From: a phage
Sequence record: NC_135732.1
Reading direction: 5' to 3' (one strand)
DNA length: 64,000 nt
A program made the translations under genes and the position numbers. Shown here in pieces: positions 19,566-29,008 of this stretch (positions within the stretch are counted from its first letter, which is position 1; the number at the start of each line of letters is the position of its first letter). The notes under the pieces were generated by a model that searched no databases, was not told the origin of the DNA, and was given only the letters and a program-made list of their open reading frames with translations.

Positions 19566-20422
19566 AAGTTGTAAAACGGGACGGTAGAGAAGAGTTCTAT
19601 AACGGAATTAAGGTGATCAAGGCGGCAGAGTCCGCCTTACTTGAGTCTGGACATACTGAAGAAGAAGCTTACCGGATCGCCTGCGCGGTTAATGAAGTTG
19701 TTGCTAACAATCTACCAACCGACCAGTGCACAATCTCTGTAAAAAATATCCATATCCTTGTTGAAGATGCTCTTATGGATATGGGTTTAAAATGTGCAGC
19801 CAGAGAATACATCCAGTATAGACAGACAAGAGATAATAACAGAGAGGCAGGTGGAAAACTGCTTGCAGATATTAGTGGCTTCTTGGATCGAACTTGTGAT
19901 GAATTTACAAAAGAAAACGCAAATAAGCCTACTAATCATGTACACACTCATCGCGACCTGCTTGCAGGTATTCTTAGCAAACACCTTGCATCAACACAGA
20001 TCCTGCCAGACCGTGTCTCCGAAGAGCACAATAAAGGCTTCATCCATGTGCATGATCTTGACTACTTGATCAGTCCGTTAACAAACTGTTGTTTGGTAAA
20101 TTATCCAGATATGTTGGAAAACGGATTCAACATTGGTAACGCCCATGTCAGTAAGCCGAAGTCAATAGGGGTTGCAACAACAATCCTTAGCCAAATCTCT
20201 AGTGCGGTAGCTAGTGCTCAATATGGGGGTCAGACTATGAGCCATATTGATCATTATCTGGCACAGTATGCTGAAGCGACCTATGAGAAGAACCTTAAAT
20301 TTTGCCAGGAACATTGGTTGCCAGATGCTGAGACTGTTGCAATGCAAATGACAGATAAAGACGTATTTGACAGCATGCAGACTTTGCTCTATCAAATCAA
20401 TACATTAACTTCTGTCAACGGT
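19562..20422 (+). CDS. nrdD: anaerobic ribonucleotide reductase NrdD, exon 1
   Basis: ATP-cone start MKVVKRDGREE (GTG start); frame ends at TAA 20423, which is the proposed first intron codon. Confidence 0.7.
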
Positions 20423-21219
20423 TAACAAACTGGCCGTTGTAAAACTCTCCTAACCTCATAAGAGGGGTCGGTAAATCCGGCTAACGGGGAACGCTAAGGC
20501 GAAAGCTATGCCAATCCCGTGACTAGTTCTTACAGGAGTTGGAACGGTTGTAACGACTAACGAAAGGCAGAAATGCTTGACAAACATTTCTGAACCAAGT
20601 AGTGTAGGGGTTAGTTGAAATACTAACTTCGAAATGGAGAGGCTCTATGAAAAAGATCATTCTTAATGGTGAAGAATCAAACTATGTGATTGATGAGGTT
20701 GGAAACGTATACGGAAAACGTGGAATGCTACACCCAATATTGTGGGGAGGTTATGGAAAAGGTAACAAGCATGTTAAACGCCGTTATATGTACTCTTTCG
20801 ACCACAAAGGTAAAAAGATTCGAATCCAAACCTCAAGGATTGTTGCCTTGTATTGTTTGCCGGATGTCCCAGAAGACCCTGAAAACTGGGAAGTGAATCA
20901 TAAAGATGGCAATACATTGAATGATCATCCGTCTAACCTAGAGTGGGTTTTGCCGGAAGATAATAAGAGACATGCTTTCCGAACAGGACTTTGTCCAGGT
21001 AAGTGCTATAGGAAAGTGCAGGCATACAAAGGGAAAACCTTGGTGGGTGAATATCCTTCACTCTATGCCTGTGCAAAAGCCTTAAATTTGAACGTAGGTA
21101 ACGTTCATAGGGCTATTGAAGGAAATGCCGAAGGTAAGCATCTCACAATAAAGGGTTATTATCTTATTGAAGTAGAGTAAGAGATAGTCTGGCCCTGTGG
21201 AAACACAGGGAGGAGACAG
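20423..21219 (+). mobile_element. group I self-splicing intron in nrdD (boundaries approximate)
   Basis: P/Q/R/S-like core elements AACGGGGAAC 20483-20492, CAATCCCGTG 20512-20521, GTAACGACTAACG 20550-20562, GAGATAGTCTGG 21181-21192; P9 hairpin 21193-21210; P1 pairing of exon CAACGGT with GCCGTTG 20433-20439. Confidence 0.65.
20647..21180 (+). CDS. HNH homing endonuclease (intron-encoded)
   Basis: VNHKDGNTLNDHPSNLEWV HNH motif; GGAGAGG RBS; inside the intron. Confidence 0.75.
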   Translation: MKKIILNGEESNYVIDEVGNVYGKRGMLHPILWGGYGKGNKHVKRRYMYSFDHKGKKIRIQTSRIVALYCLPDVPEDPENWEVNHKDGNTLNDHPSNLEWVLPEDNKRHAFRTGLCPGKCYRKVQAYKGKTLVGEYPSLYACAKALNLNVGNVHRAIEGNAEGKHLTIKGYYLIEVE

Positions 21220-22482
21220 CAGACTCCATTCATCACATTAAGTTTAGGACTGGATACCTCGGTCTTTGGTAGAATGATTACCAAAAATTACTTGAAAGTC
21301 CACAAAATGGGTCTTGGTGAAGAACGGATCACACCTGTGTTCCCTAAAGTGCTGTTCTTCCTAGAAGAGGGTGTCAACATGAACCCTGGAGATCCTAACT
21401 ATGATTTGAAACGATTAGCTCTGGAATGCTGTGCAGAACGTATCTATCCTGACTTCGTATCTGTACCACTAAATAGGAAAGTGACAGGCTCGACAGATGG
21501 CAAAGTAACGAGCATGGGTTGCCGGAGTTTTCTTAGCAAATACAATGACTTGGAAACAGGCGAGGAGAAATACCTTGGCAGATTTAACTTAGGCGTTGTT
21601 AGCCTTAACCTGCCAATGATTGCGGCAAAAGCTAAGACGGAAGGTGTTGATTTCTTTGCAGTTCTTGACGAATACTTGGATCTTGCATACGAGGCTCACC
21701 TTGTAAGGGTTAACCGTCTAAAAGGAACAAAGGCAGGGCAGAACCCCATCATGTGGTGTGAAGGCGCTCTTGCTCGCCTGGATCCTGAAGAAAGTATTGA
21801 TAAACTCTTCTATGATGGGTACGCTTCCATCAGCATTGGGTATATTGGTGTGTATGAAACCTGTCAGATTTTGGGCAGAGAAGGTGACAAGGCTTTAGCT
21901 CTTGGAATCCTTCAGCACATGAGAGATGCTTGTGAGCGGTACAAGAAGGAAAGTAGACTAGCATTTAGCTTGTACGGCACTCCTTCTGAGAGTCTATGCT
22001 ATAAAGCTGCAACCTGTCTGGATCGTGAATATCCTGAAGTGTTGAAGCACGAGCATGAATATCTCACCAACAGTTTCCATCAGCCAGTATGGATAAATAG
22101 CTCTCCTTTTGATAAGTGGGAGTATGAGGAAGGTTTTGCTATGATCTCCTCTGGTGGCAACATCGGATACGTAGAAACACCTAACCTGAAAAACAACCTG
22201 GATGCTTTAGAGGCTCTTGTTGACTTCGGGTATAAACACATTATGTATTTTGGTATTAACCAACCTGTGGATAAATGTCTCAAGTGTGGTTTCTCTGGTG
22301 AGTTCAGTGCAACAGCTAAAGGCTTTGTATGCCCAGAGTGTGGAAACCATGAAGAGGGAACGATCAGTGTAATTCGACGTGTGTCTGGATACCTTTCCAG
22401 TCCTAACTCCCGTCCTTACAATAAAGGTAAGCAAGCGGAAGTTATCGAGCGAGTTAAGCACTACGGAAGTTGTGGTTGCTGA
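21220..22482 (+). CDS. nrdD: anaerobic ribonucleotide reductase NrdD, exon 2
   Basis: C-terminal glycyl-radical region RRVSGYLSSP and Cys cluster CLKCG...CPECG; frame open from 21181; 3' splice site after G 21219 (alternatives 21210-21261). Confidence 0.65.
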   Translation, partial: QTPFITLSLGLDTSVFGRMITKNYLKVHKMGLGEERITPVFPKVLFFLEEGVNMNPGDPNYDLKRLALECCAERIYPDFVSVPLNRKVTGSTDGKVTSMGCRSFLSKYNDLETGEEKYLGRFNLGVVSLNLPMIAAKAKTEGVDFFAVLDEYLDLAYEAHLVRVNRLKGTKAGQNPIMWCEGALARLDPEESIDKLFYDGYASISIGYIGVYETCQILGREGDKALALGILQHMRDACERYKKESRLAFSLYGTPSESLCYKAATCLDREYPEVLKHEHEYLTNSFHQPVWINSSPFDKWEYEEGFAMISSGGNIGYVETPNLKNNLDALEALVDFGYKHIMYFGINQPVDKCLKCGFSGEFSATAKGFVCPECGNHEEGTISVIRRVSGYLSSPNSRPYNKGKQAEVIERVKHYGSCGC

Positions 22483-22545
22483 TTCTTGACAAAAGCCACA
22501 AGGATGTGGCATATTATTGACACACAGTGAGCTAGGAGGTGTAGT

Positions 22546-22662
22546 ATGTCATCAGGTATTTATAAAATTTGCAAGTGCGGCTGTAGTTGTAATCTTCGTT
22601 GGTGCAAGGCACTAGACGATTTTATTTGGCATTGCCCTAAATGTGATGCGGAGTATCTATGA
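22546..22662 (+). CDS. small Cys-rich peptide (38 aa)
   Basis: AGGAGG RBS then ATG; CKCGCSC...CPKC; stop overlaps nrdG start; below track length cut-off. Confidence 0.4.
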   Translation: MSSGIYKICKCGCSCNLRWCKALDDFIWHCPKCDAEYL

Positions 22663-23132
22663 ACATTGCTGGATACACAGAAATATCTTACACCGAAGGA
22701 CCAGGTATTAGAACTGCCTTGTGGGTATCTGGGTGCCCACACGCTTGCCCTGGTTGCTTTAATCAGGCATTTTGGTCAAAAGATAAGGGGAGGGAGTTCA
22801 CTGAAGAAGACTTGCAAAAAATCTTGTCAGATTTAGATAACCCGTCTGTGTGCGGTATCTCTCTACTGGGTGGAGAACCCTTAGCATACTATAATGAGCC
22901 AGATATTATTAGCCTGATGGAGAAAATTAAGGAAAAATTTGGTGACAAGAAAACTATTCTTGTATATACTGGGTTCACATTTGACCATATCTCTAGTGAT
23001 GTTCTTAAACTGGCTGATATCATCATTGACGGTAAGTATGTAAAAGATTTACCAACCAAGAAACCGTTCCGAGGCAGTGATAACCAAAGAATGTTTAAAA
23101 AAGTATCAGGCGGTTGGGTTCAGGTAGACTAG
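22659..23132 (+). CDS. nrdG: anaerobic RNR activating enzyme (radical SAM)
   Basis: GPGIRTALWVSGCPHACPGCFN cluster typical of NrdG. Confidence 0.85.
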   Translation: MNIAGYTEISYTEGPGIRTALWVSGCPHACPGCFNQAFWSKDKGREFTEEDLQKILSDLDNPSVCGISLLGGEPLAYYNEPDIISLMEKIKEKFGDKKTILVYTGFTFDHISSDVLKLADIIIDGKYVKDLPTKKPFRGSDNQRMFKKVSGGWVQVD

Positions 23133-23135
23133 TTG

Positions 23136-23165
23136 TTGACAAAGCTTTGTTGAGTTGGTTATAAT
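23136..23165 (+). promoter_or_regulatory. sigma70-like promoter
   Basis: TTGACA, about 18-nt spacer, TATAAT. Confidence 0.6.
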
Positions 23166-23194
23166 TGCCGTAATGAAAGCAGAGGAGGTGCCAA

Positions 23195-23308
23195 ATGGCT
23201 AAAAAAGCCTTGAAGAAGGCGTACAAGAAAGAGATTGCGCTTGAGCTTAAGAAAAAACACAAGCGTGAAAAGAAACATCATGAAGATGAAGAGGGGGTGC
23301 AACAGTGA
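23195..23308 (+). CDS. small lysine-rich basic peptide (37 aa)
   Basis: AGGAGG RBS, ATG 23195; stop overlaps GTG of next ORF; below track cut-off. Confidence 0.4.
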   Translation: MAKKALKKAYKKEIALELKKKHKREKKHHEDEEGVQQ

Positions 23309-23655
23309 CACAAGAACGTATCGATTTGGCTAATAAGTTTGTAGACCTCATTTTGCCACGGTTAGTTACTCAACATGCAGATGCTATTTCTACTAATCTT
23401 GATGGCTTACGCCTAATGCTGAATCGCACAGATGACCCTCGTATTCGGGCTGATTTAGAAGCCTCTGCCAACAAACTGGAAAAGTTCTTGCAAGTAGACA
23501 CGCAAGAAGCCTTGCACAAGATTATGGTGGAAGGTTTCTCTAAAGAATTTACCATTAAAGAGCTTAAGGAGCTGATCCACCAAGAAGAGATGAATATCCG
23601 AGTTCAGGCTGTTGCAAGCAGCATGGAAGCGGCTATTGAAAAACTGTTGCAGTAA
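23305..23655 (+). CDS. hypothetical protein
   Basis: GTG start after GAGGGGG. Confidence 0.5.
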   Translation: MTQERIDLANKFVDLILPRLVTQHADAISTNLDGLRLMLNRTDDPRIRADLEASANKLEKFLQVDTQEALHKIMVEGFSKEFTIKELKELIHQEEMNIRVQAVASSMEAAIEKLLQ

Positions 23656-23693
23656 AAGTACTTGGCACATCTCAATCTGAAAGGAGTCCCAAC

Positions 23694-24482
23694 ATGGGTC
23701 GAGCTAAAGAAACAAAACGCATGCGTGATGAAGCTAGAGAGGCTCGCAAATCTGATCGCCTGCGTAAGGCTGCTGAGAAATTTGCTGACGAAAGAGAGCA
23801 CACCGCTCCAGCTCTCCGACCAATGAATAAGAAGCAGCAAAAGTATCTTGATTATCTAGGGTCACGTAAGATTATTATTGTAAACGGTGTGTTTGGATCC
23901 GGTAAGACATTCATGGCATCTGCATATGCAGGTGATCTTCTGCGTAAGAACGAGATTGATAAGATTATTGTTGCACGTCCTTACGTTCAGACAGGAAAGA
24001 CTTCAGGATTTAAACCTGGAAATGCAATGCAGAAACTGTGGCCCTATCTTCGAAGCATGATGGACACGATTTGTCGTCGTGTTGGCAAAGGTGCTTTTGC
24101 CGCAATGCTGGGAGACGGTCAGAACAGCCGTATCGAGATTTGTGAAGTTGAAAGCATTCGTGGTCGTAGTTTCGATGAGCGATGCTTTGTCCTGATTGAC
24201 GAGGCACAGCAAACTAACCCTGAAGAAATGTTGTCAATTATCACAAGGATCTCTGATCAAGCCACCCTTGTAATTATGGGTGATAATAGCCAACGTGACA
24301 TCCCTGGTAAATCTGGCCTTGCATGGGTGACGGATTTCTTTACTCGTCATCCAGATCCTGAGGTTGGAATGATCAGCTTTGATAGTCCAGACGATGTCGT
24401 TCGTTCTGGGTTGGGCCGTCAGATCGCACTCAATCTTATTGAGGATCGTGCAAATCATATTTGGACCCCTGTTTCCGAGTAA
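23694..24482 (+). CDS. PhoH-like ATPase
   Basis: Walker A GVFGSGKTF and LIDEAQ Walker B; AAGGAG RBS. Confidence 0.7.
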   Translation: MGRAKETKRMRDEAREARKSDRLRKAAEKFADEREHTAPALRPMNKKQQKYLDYLGSRKIIIVNGVFGSGKTFMASAYAGDLLRKNEIDKIIVARPYVQTGKTSGFKPGNAMQKLWPYLRSMMDTICRRVGKGAFAAMLGDGQNSRIEICEVESIRGRSFDERCFVLIDEAQQTNPEEMLSIITRISDQATLVIMGDNSQRDIPGKSGLAWVTDFFTRHPDPEVGMISFDSPDDVVRSGLGRQIALNLIEDRANHIWTPVSE

Positions 24483-24526
24483 TACAGAAGGGTGGTTATT
24501 CCACCCTTAAATATCTAAAACAGTTG

Positions 24527-24555
24527 TTGACAAATAGGTAAGCTTTAGATATTAT
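24527..24555 (+). promoter_or_regulatory. sigma70-like promoter
   Basis: TTGACA, 17-nt spacer, TATTAT. Confidence 0.6.
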
Positions 24556-24583
24556 TATCGGACAAAACAGAGAGAAGGACAGT

Positions 24584-24895
24584 ATGGCTACAATACAAGA
24601 GAAACTGAATAAAATATACTGCCTGTTTGTCTATAACGGCGAGACAATTTTGGCAAATAAAGGATCCAAGAATGTGTGGATCAAGGACAGCGGTGGTAAC
24701 ATAATCAACTTAGCGTTGCTACGTGAGCGCCGACACAGATTCTTTATCGAGTCTCGAATTATTGAAAGCAGCATCTGCTACAGAACAGGCGATAAAGTAA
24801 TTGTTGACAATGATACGTGGTATGTGGTAGACTGGCAATCATTGAGTTGTGATGCTTCTGACAATCGTAAGTATTCCATAGTAATTGCTAAATAA
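24584..24895 (+). CDS. hypothetical protein
   Basis: AGAAGGA RBS. Confidence 0.5.
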   Translation: MATIQEKLNKIYCLFVYNGETILANKGSKNVWIKDSGGNIINLALLRERRHRFFIESRIIESSICYRTGDKVIVDNDTWYVVDWQSLSCDASDNRKYSIVIAK

Positions 24896-24955
24896 AGGTA
24901 AATGTGAATCAGGTTTAAATAAATAGCTTTCAACTTCCAATATTAAGGATTTCTC

Positions 24956-26005
24956 ATGAATTTAACACCTCGCAGCACCATGGTACACGGCATGAAAGAA
25001 AAACAGAACGGTTTCGAACCTATGAGTAATAAAATGTTTGGTATGCCGGGTGGTATTATGGAAACATACAGCTACCCAACACCTGTTGTTGACCACGTTC
25101 TTTATATCGACGATTTGGAGGACCTGCAGGATCATATGTCTCGTCTGCAGACGATCCGTATGGCTCAGCCGGAAGAAAGCATTCGTGTGATCATCAATAG
25201 CCCTGGGGGTTGCGTGCACATTGCAATGGCTTATCTACAGGCATTCCGCGAGTCTCAGGCAAGCGTTGTTGCACATGCTGAAGGGATGTGCTGCTCTGCT
25301 GGAACAATCCTATGGCTGGGTTGCAAAGAACGCACTGTGGCTCCGGACACAGAGTTTATGTTCCACTACTATCAAGGCGGCACTTATGGCAATGGTGTGA
25401 ACATGAATACTCAGGTCAGCTACTGGAAAAAACGTTTCGAACGCCTGATCGAAAAATACTACGGTTGGGTGCTGACAGAAGATGAGATCGCATCCATCAC
25501 AGCGGGTGGCGAAGTGTGGTTGGACGGAGAGGAGCTGGCAGCTCGAACTGGAGCTATCATTCTGGATGAAGGCAACATACAACGCATCCAGAACGGACAA
25601 AAACCTAAAAAGCTTTTGGCAAAAGGTGATGAAGAAGGTGTGCTAGGTGAAGCAGGTCTTCCGGAGATTCACCAGTGCACCTCTTTAGATGAGCTAGTTC
25701 ATGCTGTTGAATCTGCAAAAGCGGGTGGTTCGAAAGGTGATGTTCACACTGTGTTCCTGAACCTGCAGATGGAAAGTGGTGAGACCGTTAAGATTGCCTT
25801 AGGCGAGATTACCTCAGAAGATCTGCAGCGATTCTCTGTCGTTGAACTTCAAGACATTCTGTCCCAATTGAAGACAACCCTGAACGGCGGTGAAGAGGTT
25901 AAGGTAAAAGATAAGACTCGCAAGCGTCTGGTGGACAATATTATTAAAACAGCAAAAGAGCTCAATGAAAAAATCCTGGGTGCAGGAATTGTCGAAGAAG
26001 CTTAA
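24956..26005 (+). CDS. ClpP-like serine protease with C-terminal extension
   Basis: INSPGG motif, candidate nucleophile in GMCCSAG and His in FMFHYYQG; roughly 150-aa acidic C-terminal extension. Confidence 0.55.
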   Translation: MNLTPRSTMVHGMKEKQNGFEPMSNKMFGMPGGIMETYSYPTPVVDHVLYIDDLEDLQDHMSRLQTIRMAQPEESIRVIINSPGGCVHIAMAYLQAFRESQASVVAHAEGMCCSAGTILWLGCKERTVAPDTEFMFHYYQGGTYGNGVNMNTQVSYWKKRFERLIEKYYGWVLTEDEIASITAGGEVWLDGEELAARTGAIILDEGNIQRIQNGQKPKKLLAKGDEEGVLGEAGLPEIHQCTSLDELVHAVESAKAGGSKGDVHTVFLNLQMESGETVKIALGEITSEDLQRFSVVELQDILSQLKTTLNGGEEVKVKDKTRKRLVDNIIKTAKELNEKILGAGIVEEA

Positions 26006-26016
26006 ACATTAATTCT

Positions 26017-26040
26017 AAAGCCCTCTTCGGAGGGCTTTTA
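26017..26040 (+). terminator. rho-independent terminator
   Basis: AAGCCCTC-TTCG-GAGGGCTT hairpin then TTTA. Confidence 0.55.
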
Positions 26041-26056
26041 TGATCTGGAGATTTGC

Positions 26057-26590
26057 ATGACTTGTGCTCGAAAACCTGATGAACAACGTAACGCCTACGA
26101 TGAGTATGTGACACCGGAGTGGTGTGCAGAAGGGCTGTATGACCTTATTCCGTTCCCAGAAGACTGGACCTACTTAGAGCCTTGCAGGAATAGTGCCTCA
26201 GGTGTGTTCTACTCCCGTATGCCGTTAGGATCTGCATGGGGAGAAATCCAAGAAGGTGTTGACTATCTGAATACAGAATACAACCATGTTGACTGTATTA
26301 TCACCAACCCACCATACAGTTTGGCTCGTGAGTTTGTAGACAAGGCGTTGAAAGATGCTGACGTAGTTATTATGCTTTTGCGTCTTAATTTTCTGGAAAG
26401 CAAAGCCAGATTTGAATGGTGGCTTGATAATGCACCTACCACTGTGATCACAATATCTAAGCGTCCATCTTTTCAATCAAATGGCAGAACTGACGGGCAA
26501 GCATATGCATATTTTGTGTGGGATAAGAAAAACCGTTTAGGCTTGCCGCCATTTATGTGGTTGGCACCACCAGAGGTAGACCTGAAATGA
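26057..26590 (+). CDS. putative DNA methyltransferase (NPPY motif)
   Basis: DCIITNPPYS motif IV; small 177 aa. Confidence 0.45.
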   Translation: MTCARKPDEQRNAYDEYVTPEWCAEGLYDLIPFPEDWTYLEPCRNSASGVFYSRMPLGSAWGEIQEGVDYLNTEYNHVDCIITNPPYSLAREFVDKALKDADVVIMLLRLNFLESKARFEWWLDNAPTTVITISKRPSFQSNGRTDGQAYAYFVWDKKNRLGLPPFMWLAPPEVDLK

Positions 26591-26871
26591 AAATGAGTGC
26601 TAAGGACAAATTACACCAGTTAGCGCTAAAACGTCCTGTAACGCTCCCTGACGAGCTTAACTCCATTTATGATGCGATTGTAGGGGAGATACAAAATAAA
26701 GCGTTAGCAGGCTTTCTGGGGTGCGGATTTTCGATAAATCTACCCTCGCATCTCTCAGATTACTTCCCGCACATTGTTGGAGATTTAAGGGCAGGAGGTC
26801 TGCAGGTAGATGTTGTTGGCATCTCCCCAGAGAAAAATAATACGGTTGCCTACTTGACAGTAACCTGGTAG
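26587..26871 (+). CDS. hypothetical protein
   Basis: ATG overlaps upstream stop. Confidence 0.45.
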   Translation: MKMSAKDKLHQLALKRPVTLPDELNSIYDAIVGEIQNKALAGFLGCGFSINLPSHLSDYFPHIVGDLRAGGLQVDVVGISPEKNNTVAYLTVTW

Positions 26872-26907
26872 TTGTGTATTGTTGTTTTCAACAAGAGGGG
26901 GTCATTT

Positions 26908-27147
26908 ATGTACAAGTCATTTTCAATCTACTCAAGACAGGCGAAACACTACACAGAGATCCTGATCACTCAGAAAAAATCTGTGGAAGGTGAGTGGGAA
27001 TATCACCATAAAATGTTGCGTCCAGACTGGGTTTTTGATAGACTTATTGCTATGATCCCTCTCGGAGAAGTATACCCTCTGACAGCCCATCGCGATGCTT
27101 GGGATTTAATTGATTACATAGATTCATTTAAGGAGCCTAGATTATGA
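26908..27147 (+). CDS. hypothetical protein
   Basis: AGAGGGGG RBS then ATG. Confidence 0.45.
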   Translation: MYKSFSIYSRQAKHYTEILITQKKSVEGEWEYHHKMLRPDWVFDRLIAMIPLGEVYPLTAHRDAWDLIDYIDSFKEPRL

Positions 27148-27542
27148 AGATTGAGATTACTAAAGAAGGTAAGAAAGTGTCCGGCAACTATGCAACAGTA
27201 ATTCGGGATTTAATGTTTGAAGCCACCAAGATCGGTACATCTAAAGTTGGTCAAACTGTTAGTGTGAAAAGTAATATCGCCACAGGAGAGAAGGTATTCA
27301 TTGTGGTCAAAGGGCAGGATCCCGTGGAAGGAACAGTGGGCCGAGGTGGCTACCTGTGCATTTCTGAAGAGCCGCGTATGTTAGTGGCTGACGCTACTAT
27401 GGGTGGGAAACGTGTGTGCGAGGCGGATGAGGTAATGATTATCCAACCTGTTGATCCAGATGACCCAGCAACTTGGGTGGTAGGAAATGAAATCTTCTCT
27501 TTAGAAGAGTTATCCTTCCCAGCACCGCGCTCTGTTCAGTAA
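27144..27542 (+). CDS. hypothetical protein
   Basis: AAGGAG RBS. Confidence 0.5.
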   Translation: MKIEITKEGKKVSGNYATVIRDLMFEATKIGTSKVGQTVSVKSNIATGEKVFIVVKGQDPVEGTVGRGGYLCISEEPRMLVADATMGGKRVCEADEVMIIQPVDPDDPATWVVGNEIFSLEELSFPAPRSVQ

Positions 27543-27579
27543 TAATTTATCTTACCAGGGACGGTAGGTAGGAGGTAGC

Positions 27580-27813
27580 ATGAAAGTTAAATTTCTTACA
27601 GATTTAGGGTACCCTTCCTTGGTTGACTGTGTTGGTAAAATTGTGGAAGCAAAACGGCTATCTGCAAACGAGAATGTTGTCCTGGTTAAAGGGAAGGATT
27701 TACTAGCTGCAGGTGCAGAGTCTGGCAGGATCTCTCCTGATTATATGTATTACCTATCTTTAAGTAATCTGCCAGAGCGAGGCGGTAAAGGCCTTGAAGT
27801 TGTGGAGGAGTGA
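27580..27813 (+). CDS. small acidic protein, MKVK...VEIVEE paralog family
   Basis: AGGAGG RBS; KGKDLLAAGAESG and C-terminal LEVVEE shared with 31239 and 31453 ORFs. Confidence 0.55.
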   Translation: MKVKFLTDLGYPSLVDCVGKIVEAKRLSANENVVLVKGKDLLAAGAESGRISPDYMYYLSLSNLPERGGKGLEVVEE

Positions 27814-27818
27814 CAGGT

Positions 27819-28343
27819 ATGCTTCTGATTAACTGGGAAGACCTCTATGGGGACAAAGACCCTGTTGCGTTTGTTGATCGTAGGTGGAGATACACTGAAG
27901 AACAACTGGCGGCAAAAAATTTAACTGCAAAACGCAGAAAGATCATCCAGTGCAAGTACAAATACGCACAGTTTGCTGCAAAAGTGTCTCCACAAATCGA
28001 GAGCTTTGTGCTTAAATTGTATGACGAGTACCTCAAATTCAAATTGGATTTTGTGCAGGTGTACCGTGCACAGGTACGACCAGATACCAACATATGTAGA
28101 TGGGAGGTTGTTTGTGAAGGTAAAGATTTGCCGCTCAGCTTGACAATTGAGTGGCGTTATGGGTATCATGAGTGTGGTCTGTATGATATTTGGGATGTCA
28201 TTGTAGATCCTGCTAAGCATCTGAACACAGAGGAGCTGGAATATATCAATAAGGTTATTCTCGATATGTTTTTCAGCTACACACATGAAAACTCTGAGAA
28301 AGAACGGGATAATTTTCTTGACACCCTCAGCGACCATTTGTAG
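27819..28343 (+). CDS. hypothetical protein
   Basis: GGAGGAG RBS then ATG. Confidence 0.5.
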   Translation: MLLINWEDLYGDKDPVAFVDRRWRYTEEQLAAKNLTAKRRKIIQCKYKYAQFAAKVSPQIESFVLKLYDEYLKFKLDFVQVYRAQVRPDTNICRWEVVCEGKDLPLSLTIEWRYGYHECGLYDIWDVIVDPAKHLNTEELEYINKVILDMFFSYTHENSEKERDNFLDTLSDHL

Positions 28344-28373
28344 TATACAATTTAACCTACAAAGGGAGGACCA

Positions 28374-28601
28374 ATGAGTATAAATGTTGTGCTAATAGGT
28401 TACCTGGTAATGTCCGTTATAACAGCGGTATTCTTGACAGGTGTATGCATCGTGTCCAGACGAAGGGTGAAGTTTGATGATTTTATCACCATCATCACTG
28501 CTGCACCTTTTTGGCCTGTTGTTATCTTCATCGTAATAATGTGCCTAGTTGATTACTACAAGAATATCAGGAAGGAGAGTAGGGATGGAGACCGCACCTA
28601 A
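28374..28601 (+). CDS. small membrane protein (two hydrophobic segments)
   Basis: AGGGAGGA RBS; hydrophobic helices. Confidence 0.5.
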   Translation: MSINVVLIGYLVMSVITAVFLTGVCIVSRRRVKFDDFITIITAAPFWPVVIFIVIMCLVDYYKNIRKESRDGDRT

Positions 28602-28737
28602 AACTATCTATACTGTTCTTAAAGAGATTGCGTTCTACGCAGATCTTAGCCAGGCACCTTTATGGGAAAAGAGCATGTATTTAAAATGGTGCGTTAATTT
28701 AGGGAGACCTTCCAGTGTTTCAAGCCATGTTTATTGA
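28585..28737 (+). CDS. hypothetical small protein
   Basis: AAGGAGAG RBS then ATG; overlaps upstream gene. Confidence 0.35.
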   Translation: METAPKTIYTVLKEIAFYADLSQAPLWEKSMYLKWCVNLGRPSSVSSHVY

Positions 28738-28820
28738 GATGCTATCTGGGATATTGTTACTGGTAGCCATCTTAGGTGGTGCAGTTCTGATGTATAACTA
28801 TCTTGAAAAAGGAGACAGCA

Positions 28821-29006
28821 ATGGTAAAAAATAAATCTTTAGAGCAGGCTGAAAACCTTCTCCACGAGCTGGTAAAGGAGTGGAAAGTTGAATACTCAGA
28901 TTTTAATGCACGAGAGGGTGAAGATTATTGGCCTACGGAGCGCTCAGAGGGCGAATGGTATCAAGATTTTATAGAGTGGTTATATCAGACGTGCGATGAG
29001 GGGTGA
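28821..29006 (+). CDS. hypothetical small protein
   Basis: AAAGGAGA RBS then ATG. Confidence 0.45.
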   Translation: MVKNKSLEQAENLLHELVKEWKVEYSDFNAREGEDYWPTERSEGEWYQDFIEWLYQTCDEG

Positions 29007-29008
29007 CG

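Noticed and set aside
24488-24508. AAGGGTGG-TTATT-CCACCCTT stem-loop after PhoH as a terminator
   Set aside because: Hairpin is followed by an A-rich rather than T-rich tract on the plus strand; may be a processing site or weak terminator, so not annotated as a terminator.
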